Shown piece by piece: positions 35,601 through 48,929 of a stretch of 64,000 bases of DNA. Position 1 is the first letter of the stretch; the number at the start of each line of letters is the position of its first letter. The notes below the pieces were generated by a model, which saw nothing but the letters and a program-made list of their open reading frames with translations, ran no database searches and had not been told where the DNA came from. This stretch comes from Geosiphon pyriformis uo1 (lineage: Eukaryota; Fungi; Glomeromycota): contig JAAOMT010000694.1 in assembly GCA_016748015.1 (NCBI GenBank), positions 124,001-188,000 on the forward strand. The letters run 5' to 3'. Position numbers and translations under genes: made by a program.

Positions 35601-38187
35601 GTAGAATGTAAGAGCATTGTTTTCATGGTTCTGGTTTTGAATAGAGAACATTCCATCTGGGTGTTACTGGTTCTTTTGTTTCAAGAGAATTGTTTGTTAA
35701 AAAATACTGTTGTTCAGTTTCATCAGCCCAATTGGAGGTTGATTCCAGTGCCATAAATGTTTCAATAATGGGTTTTTCTTCTTCTGGTTCGAATTTAAAA
35801 GCCAGGGCTTTTTTGGAGCATTTGTTGGATGTACCACAAGTGACAAGTACCCAAGCATGTTGTCCTTGGTAGGAGATTGTTAACTCTTGTGTCTCCCAAT
35901 TCAAATTAGCATTGGCTTTTTGGAGCCAATCATTTCTGATGAGAGCTTGGTATTGAGAAGCATCCATGACCAGAACTTTGACTGGAATAGTAATTCCATC
36001 AATTATGAATGGGAAGTTGTCAATTTCTCCTACTGAAGTCTTTTTCATGCCATTGGCAGTAACAATGATTGTCTGAGCTGGTCAGTTAACATTTTTTTTT
36101 AGCTGCTGTATTAATTGATATGTGATAATGCTTCCAGCAGATTTACTGTCTAGGATCAAGCGAATTGGCTTTCCTTCTGCTTCAGTTTCTGTGTACATTG
36201 CAGTGATGGCTTTTTGCTCATTAACTGCTGCATTGCTAAGCAAGAATGGTGATTCATTTGCTTCAAATTTGAAAGGGAATATATCTGAAAGGTTGGTGTT
36301 TTCAGCAATTCTGGCTGGTGGGATTGTAGTAGGAGTATAGAAAGAGTTTTGTTATTGTGCTGCAGCTTTACCTTCTGAAAGTGCAGTATGGTGAAAATTC
36401 TGTTCTTCTGGCATCATAAGATAACTAAGTTGAGTATGATAGTGGTTGGGTCTTGGTTGAGCTGAATTTTAGGGAACCAATTGGCTGTTCGAATTGATTC
36501 TATTGTTGTTTACTTGGTATTGGTTTTGTGGTGTGAACTGATTTTGCGGAATCAATCTTCGAGCAGGCACTTAATAATGTTGTGTGAGTGGTTGTTGGTA
36601 TTGCTGTTGGGTTGGCTGTGGAGTGGACTGATAATAATTACTTTGGTATTGGAGTCTTGGTAGATAGTAAGCTGGTGGTAGCGGTTGATAATAAGATTGC
36701 TGTGGTGGAAGGTAACATTAATTACTCCTATTTTGTTGGTCTCATTGTAGCTTTCTGCAATCTCTTTTCCAGTGGTCAGGGATTCCACAGTAATGGCAAT
36801 TTTGAGACTGGTTATTAGAAAGTGGTGTGAAGTTATTTTGATTTTGTCTTTGGGGTGGTTGATATCTTTGGGGTTGTTATTGTTATTGTTAGTTGGTGAA
36901 GTAGTTTTCAACTTTCTTGGTTAATTGGTCAATCTTTTCTTCAGCTGCTGAGCTGGTTTCTCCAATAGCCAGGTTAACAAGTTTGGTACAGTTGGCTTCT
37001 TCCATAGCCATTTCATAGTTTTTTGCCTGTTGAATAACAGTGGCTAAATCTTCTGGTACATGTGAATGAACTTTCTTAATAAGTTTGTCTTTTAGTCCAG
37101 CAATGAATTGATCCAAGATTTGTGCATTGGAGTAGTATTTGTTGGTTTCTAATTGCCAAATCCTTCTAAGCAGTTTATTGAATTTTCCAAGATAAGTTAT
37201 AACTGATTTACTTGGTTTTTGCTTGATATTTCAGAACCAATTTCGAAAAGTAATAGAAGTGTTATTGTCAGTGAACTGTTCTAGAAAAGCAGTTTTGAAT
37301 GCTTCCCAGTGTTCTGGTGGGGCTTCCAAGTTTTCAAACCATTCACCAGCTGTTCCTTGTAAGAAGTATGGAATTGCTTTTAACATTCTGGCAGTGTTCC
37401 AACCATTTGCATCTCTTGCTTTTGAGACTTTGTCAAGCTATTCTTGAGGACTGGTTTTACTGTCTTCTCCTGTGAACTCAGAGATTTTTGCGATATATGT
37501 GGAGGCCATTTCTTTTTTGTTTTCTGAGTCTTTTGTTTCTTGTTCTGATTCAGTCTCTTCACTTCAATTTTCTGCTAAGTAGTTAATAAGATTTGTGCTG
37601 GTTAATATTGGTTTTTGTTGTTGAATAGGGCTTTTAAGTGACTGAAAATCTTCTATTCTTGAAAACCGAATAAGTGGTAAGCTTGATGTTTGTGGTTGAG
37701 CAAGTGAAGCTGGAAATGGTGTGATTGAGAGTGGTAATTTAAAGCTGGTTCCTTGTTCTGGAGTTTGTAAATGTTTGGCAGTGGTTTTAGATGTATTGGG
37801 AGTAGTTCTGAGTTTTTGTTTCCTTTTTCCTTTTTCTTCTTCTGTTTTCAATTCAAAACCAAGAGAAAATTTCTGTTCTACTGGGTAATTCTCTTCACAA
37901 TACTGAATGATATTGAAGTTGAGTTCTTGGAAATATGTTTCAAGTGTTTGACTGTCAAAATTCTGAGTGTTTAGATGAGAGTAATGTACTAAGCTTTCAT
38001 ATAAGTTGTGTCTAACTTCTGAAATGTTGTAGTCTCCAAAAAGATAATTGTTGATGCAATTTTCAATGTACTGGTAAAGTGTTTTCTTGAATGTTTCAAT
38101 TCCGTCTGAGATGTTAAATCTCTGCTTACAGTGGATGTAGATTAACTGATAATACTTTAGAGTTTTTGAATCTGTTTGAGTCATCAC
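32602..38187 (-). pseudogene. gag-pol: A2 ORF1 Gag-PR-Cys-rich-dUTPase-RT-RNase H
   Basis: Colinear with A1 ORF1. dUTPase at ~34442-34870. Ends NIDCLLRMKQD*. Confidence 0.93.
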
Positions 38188-38233
38188 TTTTGAAGTTGTT
38201 GTTGCTGTGTTATTTCCATGAGAGAGCACCAAA

Positions 38234-39212
38234 TGTTACCAGAGGTTTTTGGTCTCTTCTTAGCTCTTGTATGTTTATTGTAATGCTGTTAATTCACGAT
38301 TATGGAAAGTGTTTGAACCTCCGATAACTGAATTTATCTTCAAATTATCTCCTATAATTTAAATTGCTGGACTTATAAGTGGAATGGCCAGTTCTGTGCC
38401 AGTTGCTTTGTGTAGTTACATTGTAGTAAACATCAACTCTTTCCCAGGAATTGCTCATCTGGAAGCTCACTAAAAATATGTAGTTACTTTGCTGTAAAAG
38501 TCAACTCTTCTATAGGAATCTTGTCTGTAGGCTACCCTAATGATTATAATAAGAAAATAAAAGAAATGTAAAAGAAATGTAAAAGAAATAGAATTCTGTC
38601 AAGGGAAATGTTTTCTATCCAGGCCTGGAGTCACTAACAGTTTACTGAAATTGGTAGCTAATCAATTTCAAAATGTTAGTTGGGTTTTGAGGATTTTTCA
38701 AGTGCAATAATTAAAAAATTTGGTTTTTCAAATTATTTAATATTTATTTCTTTTTGTGTGTATAGGAATGGTTCTAAGTGATAAATTTAAAGTAAGATAC
38801 ATTTTCTTGAAGAAAAAAGCTCTTCTTTTATACAACTTGTCATAACACTATTCTATGAACTTGAACTTTGCTCTTTTCTACAATTTCACTGAATTAAAGA
38901 TACATTTTGGTGAATTACAAGTTATTTCTGTAAACTATTAGATATTTCAGTGAACTATCAATTATTTCGGCAAATTTCTACAAATTTTGGTAAACTTTTG
39001 AATGTTACATATTTCGGGATATTGCATCATTGATCATTGCACTTAGGTTACATTTGTGTTATGTACAAATTGAGTTATTAATTAAATGATAATTTCAGAC
39101 ATTTTGCTAATGTAATAAGTAATAATTTGAAATAATAATATATGCTAATTAATGATAAGATTTATAAGGGTAATTTCATGCTAAACAATATCTCTAATTT
39201 CGTCTAGTAACA
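38234..39212 (-). repeat. A2 5' LTR
   Basis: Followed on the minus strand by tt-TGGTGCTCTC (PBS). Confidence 0.95.
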
Positions 39213-39216
39213 ACAT

Positions 39217-42200
39217 CCAATACATCCAGTTGACCTCCCAACCACTGTCACCCACACCAGAGATTTTGAAGCAGCCAAGCTAGAAGCCAATCACACCCAA
39301 GCTGTAAATTTAATGATGAATGGATCATTTGACTTGGATTCCAAACTAAAACAATTTAGTAATACAATTAATCAGAAACTAGAGGGATACTTAGCTGACA
39401 ATTGTGCAATTTATTAACCACCACAATGACACAATAATTCAGGGAACACGAATTGTTTCCAAAATCAGCCATGTCCATCAACATCATCGTCATTATTGTT
39501 ACCCAATCAGCCGTGGCAGCCAAAAACGTGTGTTTGCCACAACTGTGGTAAACAAGATCACATTAGAGCCAACTGTTAATTTTATAACAACAATCCATGA
39601 TCGAAAAATCAATATTGAAACTCTGATTGCAGATTTCAGACTCAGAATTACTACCCAAATCAAGACCAATATCAAACCACTTATCTGCCAATGATGCAGC
39701 AACCAATTTATCAACCACCAGTATATCAACTTCCAATTTATCAACCACAGCCACCAGTAATTTATCAGCTGCAGCCCCAAATAATTTATTAGCCCCAACA
39801 ACCAATTCAAACACCACTCCAAAACTCCACTCAAATGACATTAGGAAACCCAAGATCTAGAATCACTCAAAACTGGAGATTGGCGATAGTTGTTCATCAA
39901 CTGATCCCCAGCTTCTCTTACCAATCATTAGGCTCTTGACAGTAGAATCTGGGTACCAGTTCCACCCAAAACCCGAATTCCCAGAACTATTTAAGTCTCC
40001 TGGTTATCCCAGAAGATGCCACCACCAACAACTTGGAATCCAACCCACCCCAAACAACACTCACCAACAATATTTCACCAATAATGGTCACCAAAAACAA
40101 ATCTCTCGCAGCCATCTTTTCTTTTAAATTGGAGAAAACCATCAACCCACCTTTGTTCAGTAGAGCAGCACTCAAGGAGAAACCCATCACTGTGATGTAC
40201 ACTGATGTGAAAGTTGATGGTCACTCCATCAAACTGATCTTAGATAATGGATCAGCTGGCAGCATCATCACAAGACAACTCATAGATCAATTAGGTTACC
40301 AAGTTGATTGCACTGCCAATGCCAAGATTATTACAGCCGATGGAGCGACCAAAACACCCATTGAAGAGATTAATGATTTCCCCATAGAAGTCAATGGCAT
40401 CATAGTATCAATCAAAGTACTTGTCATGGAAGCCACTCAATACCAAGCACTCATTGGGAACGACTGGCTGTCCAAAACCATTGCAATCCTAGATTGGAAC
40501 ACCCAAGAGCTCCAGCTTAGCCAGAACGGTCAACACACACGGGTACCAGCCACATGTGACCACTTCAAGCTCATCACCACGCCATCAACACCACTTATCA
40601 AATTCAAGAAAGAAAAAGCGAAACCCACTTGGGAAGTGTACCAAGTCTCATGAACTAACATTGATTACAACAAACTGCTGCCAATACTTGTCTGGGACAA
40701 CAATGATAATGGAAAAGAGAAACAAAGAGAAAAACCTACCTGAGAAGCCACCATCAACACTTGGACTGACAACAATCAAAGTGAGATGTTACCAATTCTA
40801 GATTGGAAAGAAAAAAACAAGGAAAAAGGGAAAGGAAGAGAAGAAAACATACTTGAAGAAACCACCACTGCAGAAGAAATAACTAGTGGCTGGGAAAAAA
40901 AATACTTACATGAACCAATAAAAGAGCCACCATATATACTTCTCAAATACAAGGACTGTAAGAAGAAACTGTCCTTAATGAGAGCTTGGGTAGCACCAGA
41001 TAAAGACTATTGGATGCGAATCCATTACTATTGCAAGCCCTGCCATAGGGAACAATATGGCTACCCAAAAAGACAAGGCAAATGGGATAACAAACCATGT
41101 CTCGCTTACGGCGAACAATTACTTGATGAAAGAATGTGGAATAACATTCCTGGTCAAGGAGGAACGTGCGATGCTTCATGCCAATACATGATCCTCATCA
41201 GTGACTGGGTAAGTCATGGTATGCCCATCACAGCAGCATGGCACTGAACTATATCCCGCCTAGATGGCTATCCACACGACGAGGATGAGATCTGGCAAAT
41301 GGCCAACGCCAAAATAAAAGGTGCTTCGTCCAGTGAAATTCTAGAGATTAAGAATAACTCTTTAGAACCAACAGACATTGTTTTGGTTTTCAATCTGGAT
41401 GTCTTTATCGACTTAGAAAACAGCCTAGAAGAATTCCATGAACACTATCAGAATCTAGCACCCATAAGAGAAGAGCAAGAACAATGCTTGGAAGAAATCA
41501 ACACCCAATTATGTAACCACTGTTTGATTCTATGTGACTTTCAATTCTGTGATGATTGTGACCTCATCTACAATCCACCACATGCATGATCTACATGATC
41601 CCCAAAGAAGAAAAACTAATCAACAGCTGCGTATCAGAATTGAAATCAAGTTCCAACTCTGATTTAAACTCTGACAATGATAATAACAAAAATAATAGTT
41701 CCAGCTTCATTCAAAATAGCTATGACAATGATTCCAACTCAGATTCAAACTCCAATTCAAACTACAAACAATATATCACACTCCCTGACCTCACCAAAGA
41801 GCAAGAACTGAAATGATTCAGTGATAATGATGAAGGTATTATACCAGAATGGGCACATGATACTGATGCAGAATTTGATCTAAGATATCCAGAAAAGGAC
41901 GCCATCAAATTGGAATCCCATTCACACACTTGCATTGATCTAAAAATAGTACTGGAAATTTTAGCAACAACAATGGTTCAATTAGCATCTAGGAGTAGTT
42001 TAACGAAAAAGGGAATAAACATCAGAGAAGGAATAATTGATGCAGGATATATAGGAAATATTATTTCTATGCTACAAAATGACTCAGAAAAGACCTATGT
42101 TATAAAGCCAAATGAAAGAATAGCACAGGCAATATTCCTGTCTTTGGTAAAAATAGCTCAATTAGTTTCAGTAGAAAATAGGAAAAAATTAGGAATAACA

Positions 42201-44063
42201 ACAAGAGGGATACAGAAATTTGGATCAACGGGTAGAATAAATGTACCAGTCAATATGATGGAAGAAAAATTATTGGCCAAGAAGAAATTATTTCAACTGG
42301 TCAAACAATTTCTATTCTACTATAGCCAATATATGTTAGCAATAGAAAGGAAAAAGAAGAAGCAAGAACAGATTTTTGAAGCAGAAGCAACCCTTTGTGA
42401 ATTAGGAGAAATTGGACTTATGAATCTACACATACTAGCCAAGAGCCATAACCATATCAAAATTCCTATCTACAACAACACCAGAAATATTGTAGAGATA
42501 CTGGAAGGAACCACTCTCAGATATTTAACCACAGAAATTGAAGATCAAGCACCAAACAGCATTCCAGATTTTCCACAGCTTTGTGGATATGTAGACATTA
42601 CATCACAAATCATCTACGGACGAAATGAATGTTATCTGTTACAGCCAGAACAATTGGAACAGATGAACATGGGAAATCTAGACTCACTTCAACGAATGTA
42701 ACTAAAGATGTTACTCAATAATTTCAATGACATTTTTGCCAGTGAAAACGAATTTGGCAGAACTGATATTATCCAGCATCAGATCAAGACTGGAGGTGCA
42801 ATGCCAATCAAACAGTGAGCATATAGGGTACCACCAGCCAGCCATGAAATCATTCATCAAGAGATCAACCAAATGCTTGACAATAAATTAATTCAGCCAT
42901 CAATGAGCCCATGGTTGTCACTAGTAGTACTCGTCCATAAAAAAAATAGAAAAATCCGATTTTGTGTAGACTACAGGAAACTCAATGGTGTAACTCATGA
43001 AGACAGCTATTCAACTCTATAAATACAAGAACTATTCGACACTTTTGGTGAAAACAAATGGTTCTCAATATAAGACTTAGATAGTGGTTACTGGCAAATA
43101 GCCATGGATCCAGCCAACAAAGAAAAAATAGCATTCACCACAAGAAAGAGAAACTTTGAGTTTGAAGTTATGTCATTTGGCTTAATCAATGCTCCAGCTA
43201 CATTCCAATGGCTAATGAAAATTGTGTATATTGGCTTATTGTGGAAATCAGTAGTTGTATACTTGGATGACACCAATATGTTTTCAAAAACATTTGATGA
43301 TTATCTACATCATTTCTAATAAGTGTTCGAAAGACTACGATGAGCAAGATTAAAATTAAATACAACAAAGTGTTTTTTTGGCAAAACAGAACTAAAATTT
43401 TTAGGACACATAGTTAGCAAAGATGGCATAAAAACAGATCTGGAGAAAATAAAGATAGTAAAGAACTTTCCAATACCAACCAACATAACTGAGCTGAAAT
43501 TATTCTTGGGATTTGTAAGCTATTATAGACATTTCATAAAGAACTTTTCAAAAATAGCACAATCACTCAATGATCTTCAAACCAAAAAGGCAAAGTATGA
43601 ATGGACTAAAACCCAGTAAGAAGCATTTGACATCTTAAGAAGAAAACTTATTCAAGCTCCAGTATTGATCTATTTAGATCATAGTAAACTATTCATTATC
43701 ACCACCAATGCATCAGATCAAGCATTGGGAGCAGTACTATCTCAGAGAAAACCAGATGAAAGAAAATATCCAGTCGCATACACCAGCTGAGATTTAATAC
43801 CAGCCAAAAAGAACTATGGAACATCAGAATTAGAACATTTAGCAATCTATTGGGCAGTTATGAAATGGAAAAAATACTTGAGCCAAAAGTTTGAGGTGTA
43901 CACAAATCACAAAAGATTAACATCACTCCAAAAATAAAAATTTGGAGACAGAAGACAGTCAAGATGGAAAATGGCTCTTTTGATATATACTTATACTATA
44001 CATTATAAAAAGGGAAAAGACAACAAAAATGCTGACAGTTTGTCATAAATGAGACAAATCTAA
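39217..44063 (+). pseudogene. gag-pol: B1 ORF1 3' part: Gag CCHC, PR, Cys-rich domain, dUTPase (~41808-42233), RT, RNase H
   Basis: CHNCGKQDHIRANC is in frame with protease ILDNGS (39217 and 40033 share a frame). Also YYCKPCHRE, GIIDAGYIG, FGLINAPATF, YLDD. Ends NADSLS*MRQI* at 44061-44063. Confidence 0.92.
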
Positions 44064-44124
44064 GAACATTTCAACCCAAAAATATAACAAAACCAAAACA
44101 ATATTCACAAAAATATAACAAAAG

Positions 44125-45507
44125 ATGAACACACAAAAATATCAACAACTTCAACATTATATAAATACTCAACAGTTCAAGAAGAAATTATCTCAACCAG
44201 AACAAAAGAGGATCAAACAACAATCCAAATATTTTATTACTTACCAAAATATACTTTATTGAAAAAATAAAAAAGATTCAGATCAACCAACCAGAGTAAT
44301 TACAGAACCAGAAAAGAAGACAATACTGTTCAACATGCACTCAGATCCAACTGCAGGACATTTTTATAAAGAAGCAACCATGAAAAAAACCAGAAAAAAA
44401 TACTATTGGCCATCAATGTATCCAAACATCATCCAATATGTGCAAAATTGTGATGCTTGTCAAAGAAAAAGAGGAACAAGACCCAGCAAACCATTGAGAC
44501 CAATCAAAGTGGGACAACTATTTGACCATATTGGAATCAATTTAGTCAAACCATTGACAATTACCAGCAGAAACAACAGATATATTGCAGTAGCCATGGA
44601 CTATCTTATTAAATGGCCAGAAGCCAAAGCAATTCAAAGAGCGGATGCAAAATTTGTTGCTGAATTTGTCCATCAAAATCTGATTTATCAACATAAATGT
44701 CCAAAAGAACTATTATCAGACCAAAGAACCCATTTTGTGAATAGAACATTAACAGAACTAAGCCAAAGATTCGGAATTAAGAGACCACTATCATTATTAT
44801 ACCATCCACAAACCAATGGATTAGTTGAAAAATTTAATAGAACATTGTGTGAAGCAATAGCAAAACTCAGCCAAGAAAACCAGGATGAATGGGATTTGTC
44901 TATATCATCAGTATTATTTGCTTATCGAACAATGAAACAAGACACCACACAAGCAACACTATTTGAATTGATATACAGTAGAACAGCAACATTACCAGTT
45001 GAGATAGAGATTAACACATATTCAACTAAACCAATAACAAAAAAGAATTTCCAAGAAATATTGTTAAAAAAAACATATGACTTAATGAAAACATTGGAAA
45101 ACAAACGAAAAAAAGCAGCTGATAACATACAAAAGTCACAAGAAAAACAGAAAGAAAGACATAATAATCAACTACCAGACAAACCAGTTGAATTTAAGAT
45201 TAGAAACAAAGTACTCTTACATTGTACCAAAGTGGAAAAACAATGAAGTGGAAAATTTGATCCCAAATGGGATGAACTATTTCACATAGAAGAAATTCTA
45301 GAGAATGAAGCTTACAAATTAAGACTGGATAACAAAATCTTAACCAAAGCAGCACATGGAGATCGACTGAAACCATATTACAATATCACACCACCATTTA
45401 CCAGTAATATTTCACAATTAGGAGTACAGAAGATACTAGTTCAACCAGAAGAAATTCCACGAGATCTGAAACCAATCATCATCATTGACAACAACATGTT
45501 AAATTAA
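44125..45507 (+). pseudogene. B1 ORF2 integrase, own ATG
   Basis: MNTQKYQQLQHYI...HSDPTAGHF...CDAC...LLSDQ...NGLVEKFNR; 460 codons with point stops. Confidence 0.92.
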
Positions 45508-45561
45508 TTCATCAAAAGAAAATATAAAGACATGGTAGATGCAACAAGAAATATCAGAAAA

Positions 45562-46191
45562 ATGGAAATTACAGACAACATCTACTCACTAGCACAACAA
45601 CTCTTTCAATTGATTCAACACCAAGAGATGGAAATTACAATTAATCAACAAACCATCCAATATCAAGACACTAGAAAAACATTGTCACATAGAACACAGA
45701 AGAAAACAGAAAATACCATTGACAAAATCATTGCGAAAGTAAAATTAGCAATAAAAGAGTTGACAAAAGAGTCACTATACCAAGAGTTGACTAAAAAAAC
45801 TTGAAATTAATGAATACAACAATTTCCAAAAAACTATTGTTATTTTTACTTGGGACAGCACGTGAATATCCAGAATCTATATATGAATAAAACAAAGTGA
45901 TTATTTGACACAAGAATACTACAACAATTAGAACATTTTGTGGAAAAGAACAACTTATCCACACAGGCCCAAACTATATACCGAATACACACAGCATTTC
46001 AGGATCGACCAGAAATCTTACTCAACAAAGCAATGGATATGGTTACCAGTAATCAATTAGAAAAAATCACCAATGCTCAATTTGAAGAATTACAGACTCA
46101 AATAACACAAGTAATTCTCGAAAATAAAATTCAGGAAATACTTCAAGAAGGAGAATTAACAGAGTTAGATTTCGACAAAGCTCAATATTAA
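45562..46191 (+). pseudogene. B1 ORF3, unknown function, frameshifted
   Basis: MEITDNIYSLAQQL aligns with A1 MTIHQNIQQLSQKL. C-terminal LEKITNAQFEELQTQITQVILE aligns with IEKLTELKFQQFSDQISSIILD. Confidence 0.8.
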
Positions 46192-46204
46192 AAGGAGGGA
46201 ATAA

Positions 46205-47054
46205 TGTTACTTATAGAAATATAGGGAATATATATTAGCATAGTTATTAACCAATCAGAAGTAGACATAGTAAAATGTGGAATTCCAGGATTCCAGGAAT
46301 TACAGAATTCTCACAAGAAATCACAAGATTCCAGAATTCCAGAATTTCTCTCAAAGAAATTGCAGGATTCTAGGAATCCTAAGATTCCTGTTGTGAAGAA
46401 TTGAGGAATTGAGGAATCTCAATTATGTATATATAGCAGTAGAATTAGAAACTAAAAAGACAGACCTCTCAGTTTAGATTTCATTTAGACAACTTTCCAA
46501 ACCACAAATAAATAACTGTTTGTTATCTCAAACTTGCTGCCACTATCAATACTTCATGTTGATAGTAATTGATACTTAACTACACTGGAACAATAGCTCT
46601 TGATCATGGCTATTAATGGAATACTAACTTGCAAATTGCCTTGGCTTATTTCTTTTCTTTTTTTATTTTATTTTATTTTCTTTATTTTTTGCTTTGATTT
46701 TATTGTTGTTTACTAACTCTATTAAGAATTAACACACAGGGTACTGACGTCAGGATAAACATGACTGGTAAAAGACCCAGAAATAAGGATAGAACACTCA
46801 ATTGAGGATAGCTTACCAGGAGGAATACCAGCCATCAAGCTGAGAAAGAAATTGACAAAACTGTGGTTTTGGGAAGCTACAGATAAAACTATTACCATTG
46901 AATCTCTGTCCATTATACAAAGAACTTAACTAAACCCTTCGAATACAAACTTTTTAAACACAAACCTTTAGATCACTATCAATTGCAACTAGATTTGAGC
47001 ACCAAGTTATGGGTTTGTTATTTAATTCAACACCAGAAGTAGTCACCTGTAACA
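46205..47054 (+). repeat. B1 3' LTR
   Basis: tgttacttata...ctgtaaca, after PPT aaaaggagggaa. Confidence 0.95.
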
Positions 47055-48137
47055 GTGCATTCTTTGATTGTCTTCTATTTTCTGAGCAAGTTCAATAGCC
47101 ATATCTATTGTAAGATTATCTTTTAGAGCCAGGAAGGGCCAAAAAGCATAGAAAAAATTAATTCTCAATCTTTTTATAAAAGAGTAAATTTTTTGCTCTT
47201 CTGTCCAGTTTCTTTCATAGTTTATCTGCTTGATTAACTTTCTGATTGCTTTGGCATATTCAGTTACAACTTTACCAGGATCTTGAGTTCTTTTTTCTAA
47301 TTTTATGCACTATTTGGATATTAAGATAGAAGTTCTAAATTTTGTTTCAAACTGGGTAGTAAAAGAGATGTTGTTTTCTTTAGCATTTGCTAGTGTTCAT
47401 TTAATAATTTTTTGCTAAGCATTAGCATTGGTTTCTTGTGAGAACCAAATAGCAGAAGAGCCTTGAAGATAGCCACCAATGATTTGAAACTTATATTTAT
47501 TATCATATTGGTTGATTGTAACAGCTCTTTTAAAGTCATCTAACTATTCAATTGAATTTTGTGTATCACTTCTAAATAATAGTAATGAGATATTATTTTT
47601 TTATTCTAAAGCAGTTTGTATGCCTTGGAGGGCAACCAAAATGTTTTGTTGTATAGAATTATTAGCCATTGGTTCAGGAGTAGCTGTTTGTGTGGAGTGT
47701 TTTAATTCACTTAAGAAGAGATTAAAAACAAAAGCAGTTTAATAGCTTTCTTCTTCTGTTTCAAAGAGTGTTTTAGTTAGTTGATGAGCAGCAATCCAAA
47801 TATGAATTTGGTGATTTAGGTATTCAGAATCAGGGGGCTGTTGTTCAAAGATTGTGGAATATAAAAACTAATTAATGCTGTTGTTTTTTTCTTTAAAGTT
47901 GTCTTCAAAATAAGCTTGGTCAAAATAATAGGTTGTATAAGCTATATAAGTTTTAGCTAAATGTTCATTCAGGAATCAGTTCCAAAAGTCTTGGAATTGT
48001 CTACTAGATTGTTTTTTAATGGGAAAGCAAATCAAACAGGAGAACAAAGGATTAAATTCAATAAAGTTTAGATTGTTTTTGTTGTTTGTTTTAAAGTGTT
48101 CTTCTAATTGTTGTGACAAGTATAAATAATCATTCAT
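47055..48137 (-). pseudogene. gag: C gag 5' part
   Basis: MANSIQQNILVALQGIQTAL...SIE*LDDFKRAVTINQYDN..FQIIGGYLQGSSAIWF is capsid-like; joins 27033 in frame. Confidence 0.8.
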
Positions 48138-48189
48138 ACAATAGAAAACAAAGTGAATTTTGACAATATTACAAGGAGCACCACTTTTA

Positions 48190-48929
48190 TGTTATAAGTT
48201 AAAATAACAAGTTAATGGATAGCAAAGAAGAACAGAATTGTAGGATAATAAAAGAAATCAAAAGGAATTCAACTTCAAAGAGTGAATTGAATAAGTATGG
48301 ATTCAATATGTGAGATCAGTCTCATAAAATATCTTAGTCACTATACTTTTCAAAAGATAACCAGGGAATCTGAAGGTAGAGAAATAGTTTGTACTGTCAA
48401 CAAATAATCACACATTGGTATAATTCTATGTTTTATGTTGGCACTCTTAGAATTTAATATCAGGTATTAGATGTATTCTTCAATTACATTTTATTTAATA
48501 ATTTTCAAATGCTATAATTACATGTTTTAGAAAAAAGATAGAGAATAACCAACAAGTAATCTTTTATTCTAAGATGTTTAAATACTTAAAAGTAGGGAAA
48601 GAAAAATTAGCAATAAGAGAAAGATTGAAATAAAAGTTGTTATTTTATTTATTTAATTTCTTTGATTTCTAATATGCATTTTTACAGTTAAGAGATCTAT
48701 TGCTTATATAGCTATCAAAAGTGGTCAATAATTAGATCAATAATCAAATTAATGATTAGGTTAATAATTAAGTCAATGATTAAGTTATTACTTAGGTCAA
48801 TAATCAGGTTAACAGTTAGATCATTGATCAAATTAATGATTACTATCTAAAAATATAGTGGCTAATTATATGACATCAGTGGCTAATACATGTAATAACT
48901 AATAAAAAGTATAAGTTTCAACCATAACA
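48190..48929 (-). repeat. C 5' LTR
   Basis: tgttataag...ccataaca; PBS lies 6 nt inward of the LTR. Confidence 0.92.

Larger units (their letters stand above)
29396..39212 (-). mobile_element. Full-length Ty3/Gypsy element A2
   Basis: LTRs 38234-39212 (5') and 29396-30360 (3'). PBS 38231-38222. PPT near 30365-30373. Perfect TSD ACAT (29392-29395, 39213-39216). Confidence 0.97.
27038..47054 (+). mobile_element. Full-length Ty3/Gypsy element B1, dUTPase-bearing; hosts A2
   Basis: LTRs 27038-27908 and 46205-47054. PBS tagtgctctc 27911-27920. PPT 46190-46201. TSD GTGT/GTGC within C gag. Confidence 0.95.
11509..48929 (-). mobile_element. Full-length Ty3/Gypsy element C (no dUTPase); hosts nested A1 and B1/A2
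   Basis: 5' LTR 48190-48929. PBS TGGTGCTCCTTG at 48183-48172. 3' LTR split into 11509-11628 and 21250-21858. PPT next to 21859. TSD ATAT at 11505-11508 and 48930-48933. Gag reads continuously across the B1 site (LAQKIEDNQRMH|LESTLLVF). Confidence 0.92.

Noticed and set aside
39499-39853. Hydrophobic antisense ORFs (also 492-722, 7034-7405, 13980-14294, 36481-36818, 59829-60014)
   Set aside because: Shadows of A/C-rich Gln/Pro/Asn-coding or low-complexity strands; no independent motifs.
456-47054. Alternative genetic code or programmed readthrough (many in-frame TGA/TAA/TAG), e.g. a Mollicutes-like endosymbiont
   Set aside because: Stops fall at different positions in paralogous copies and nearly all derive from CGA/CAA/CAG/TGG by single transitions. 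The content is eukaryotic retrotransposon.
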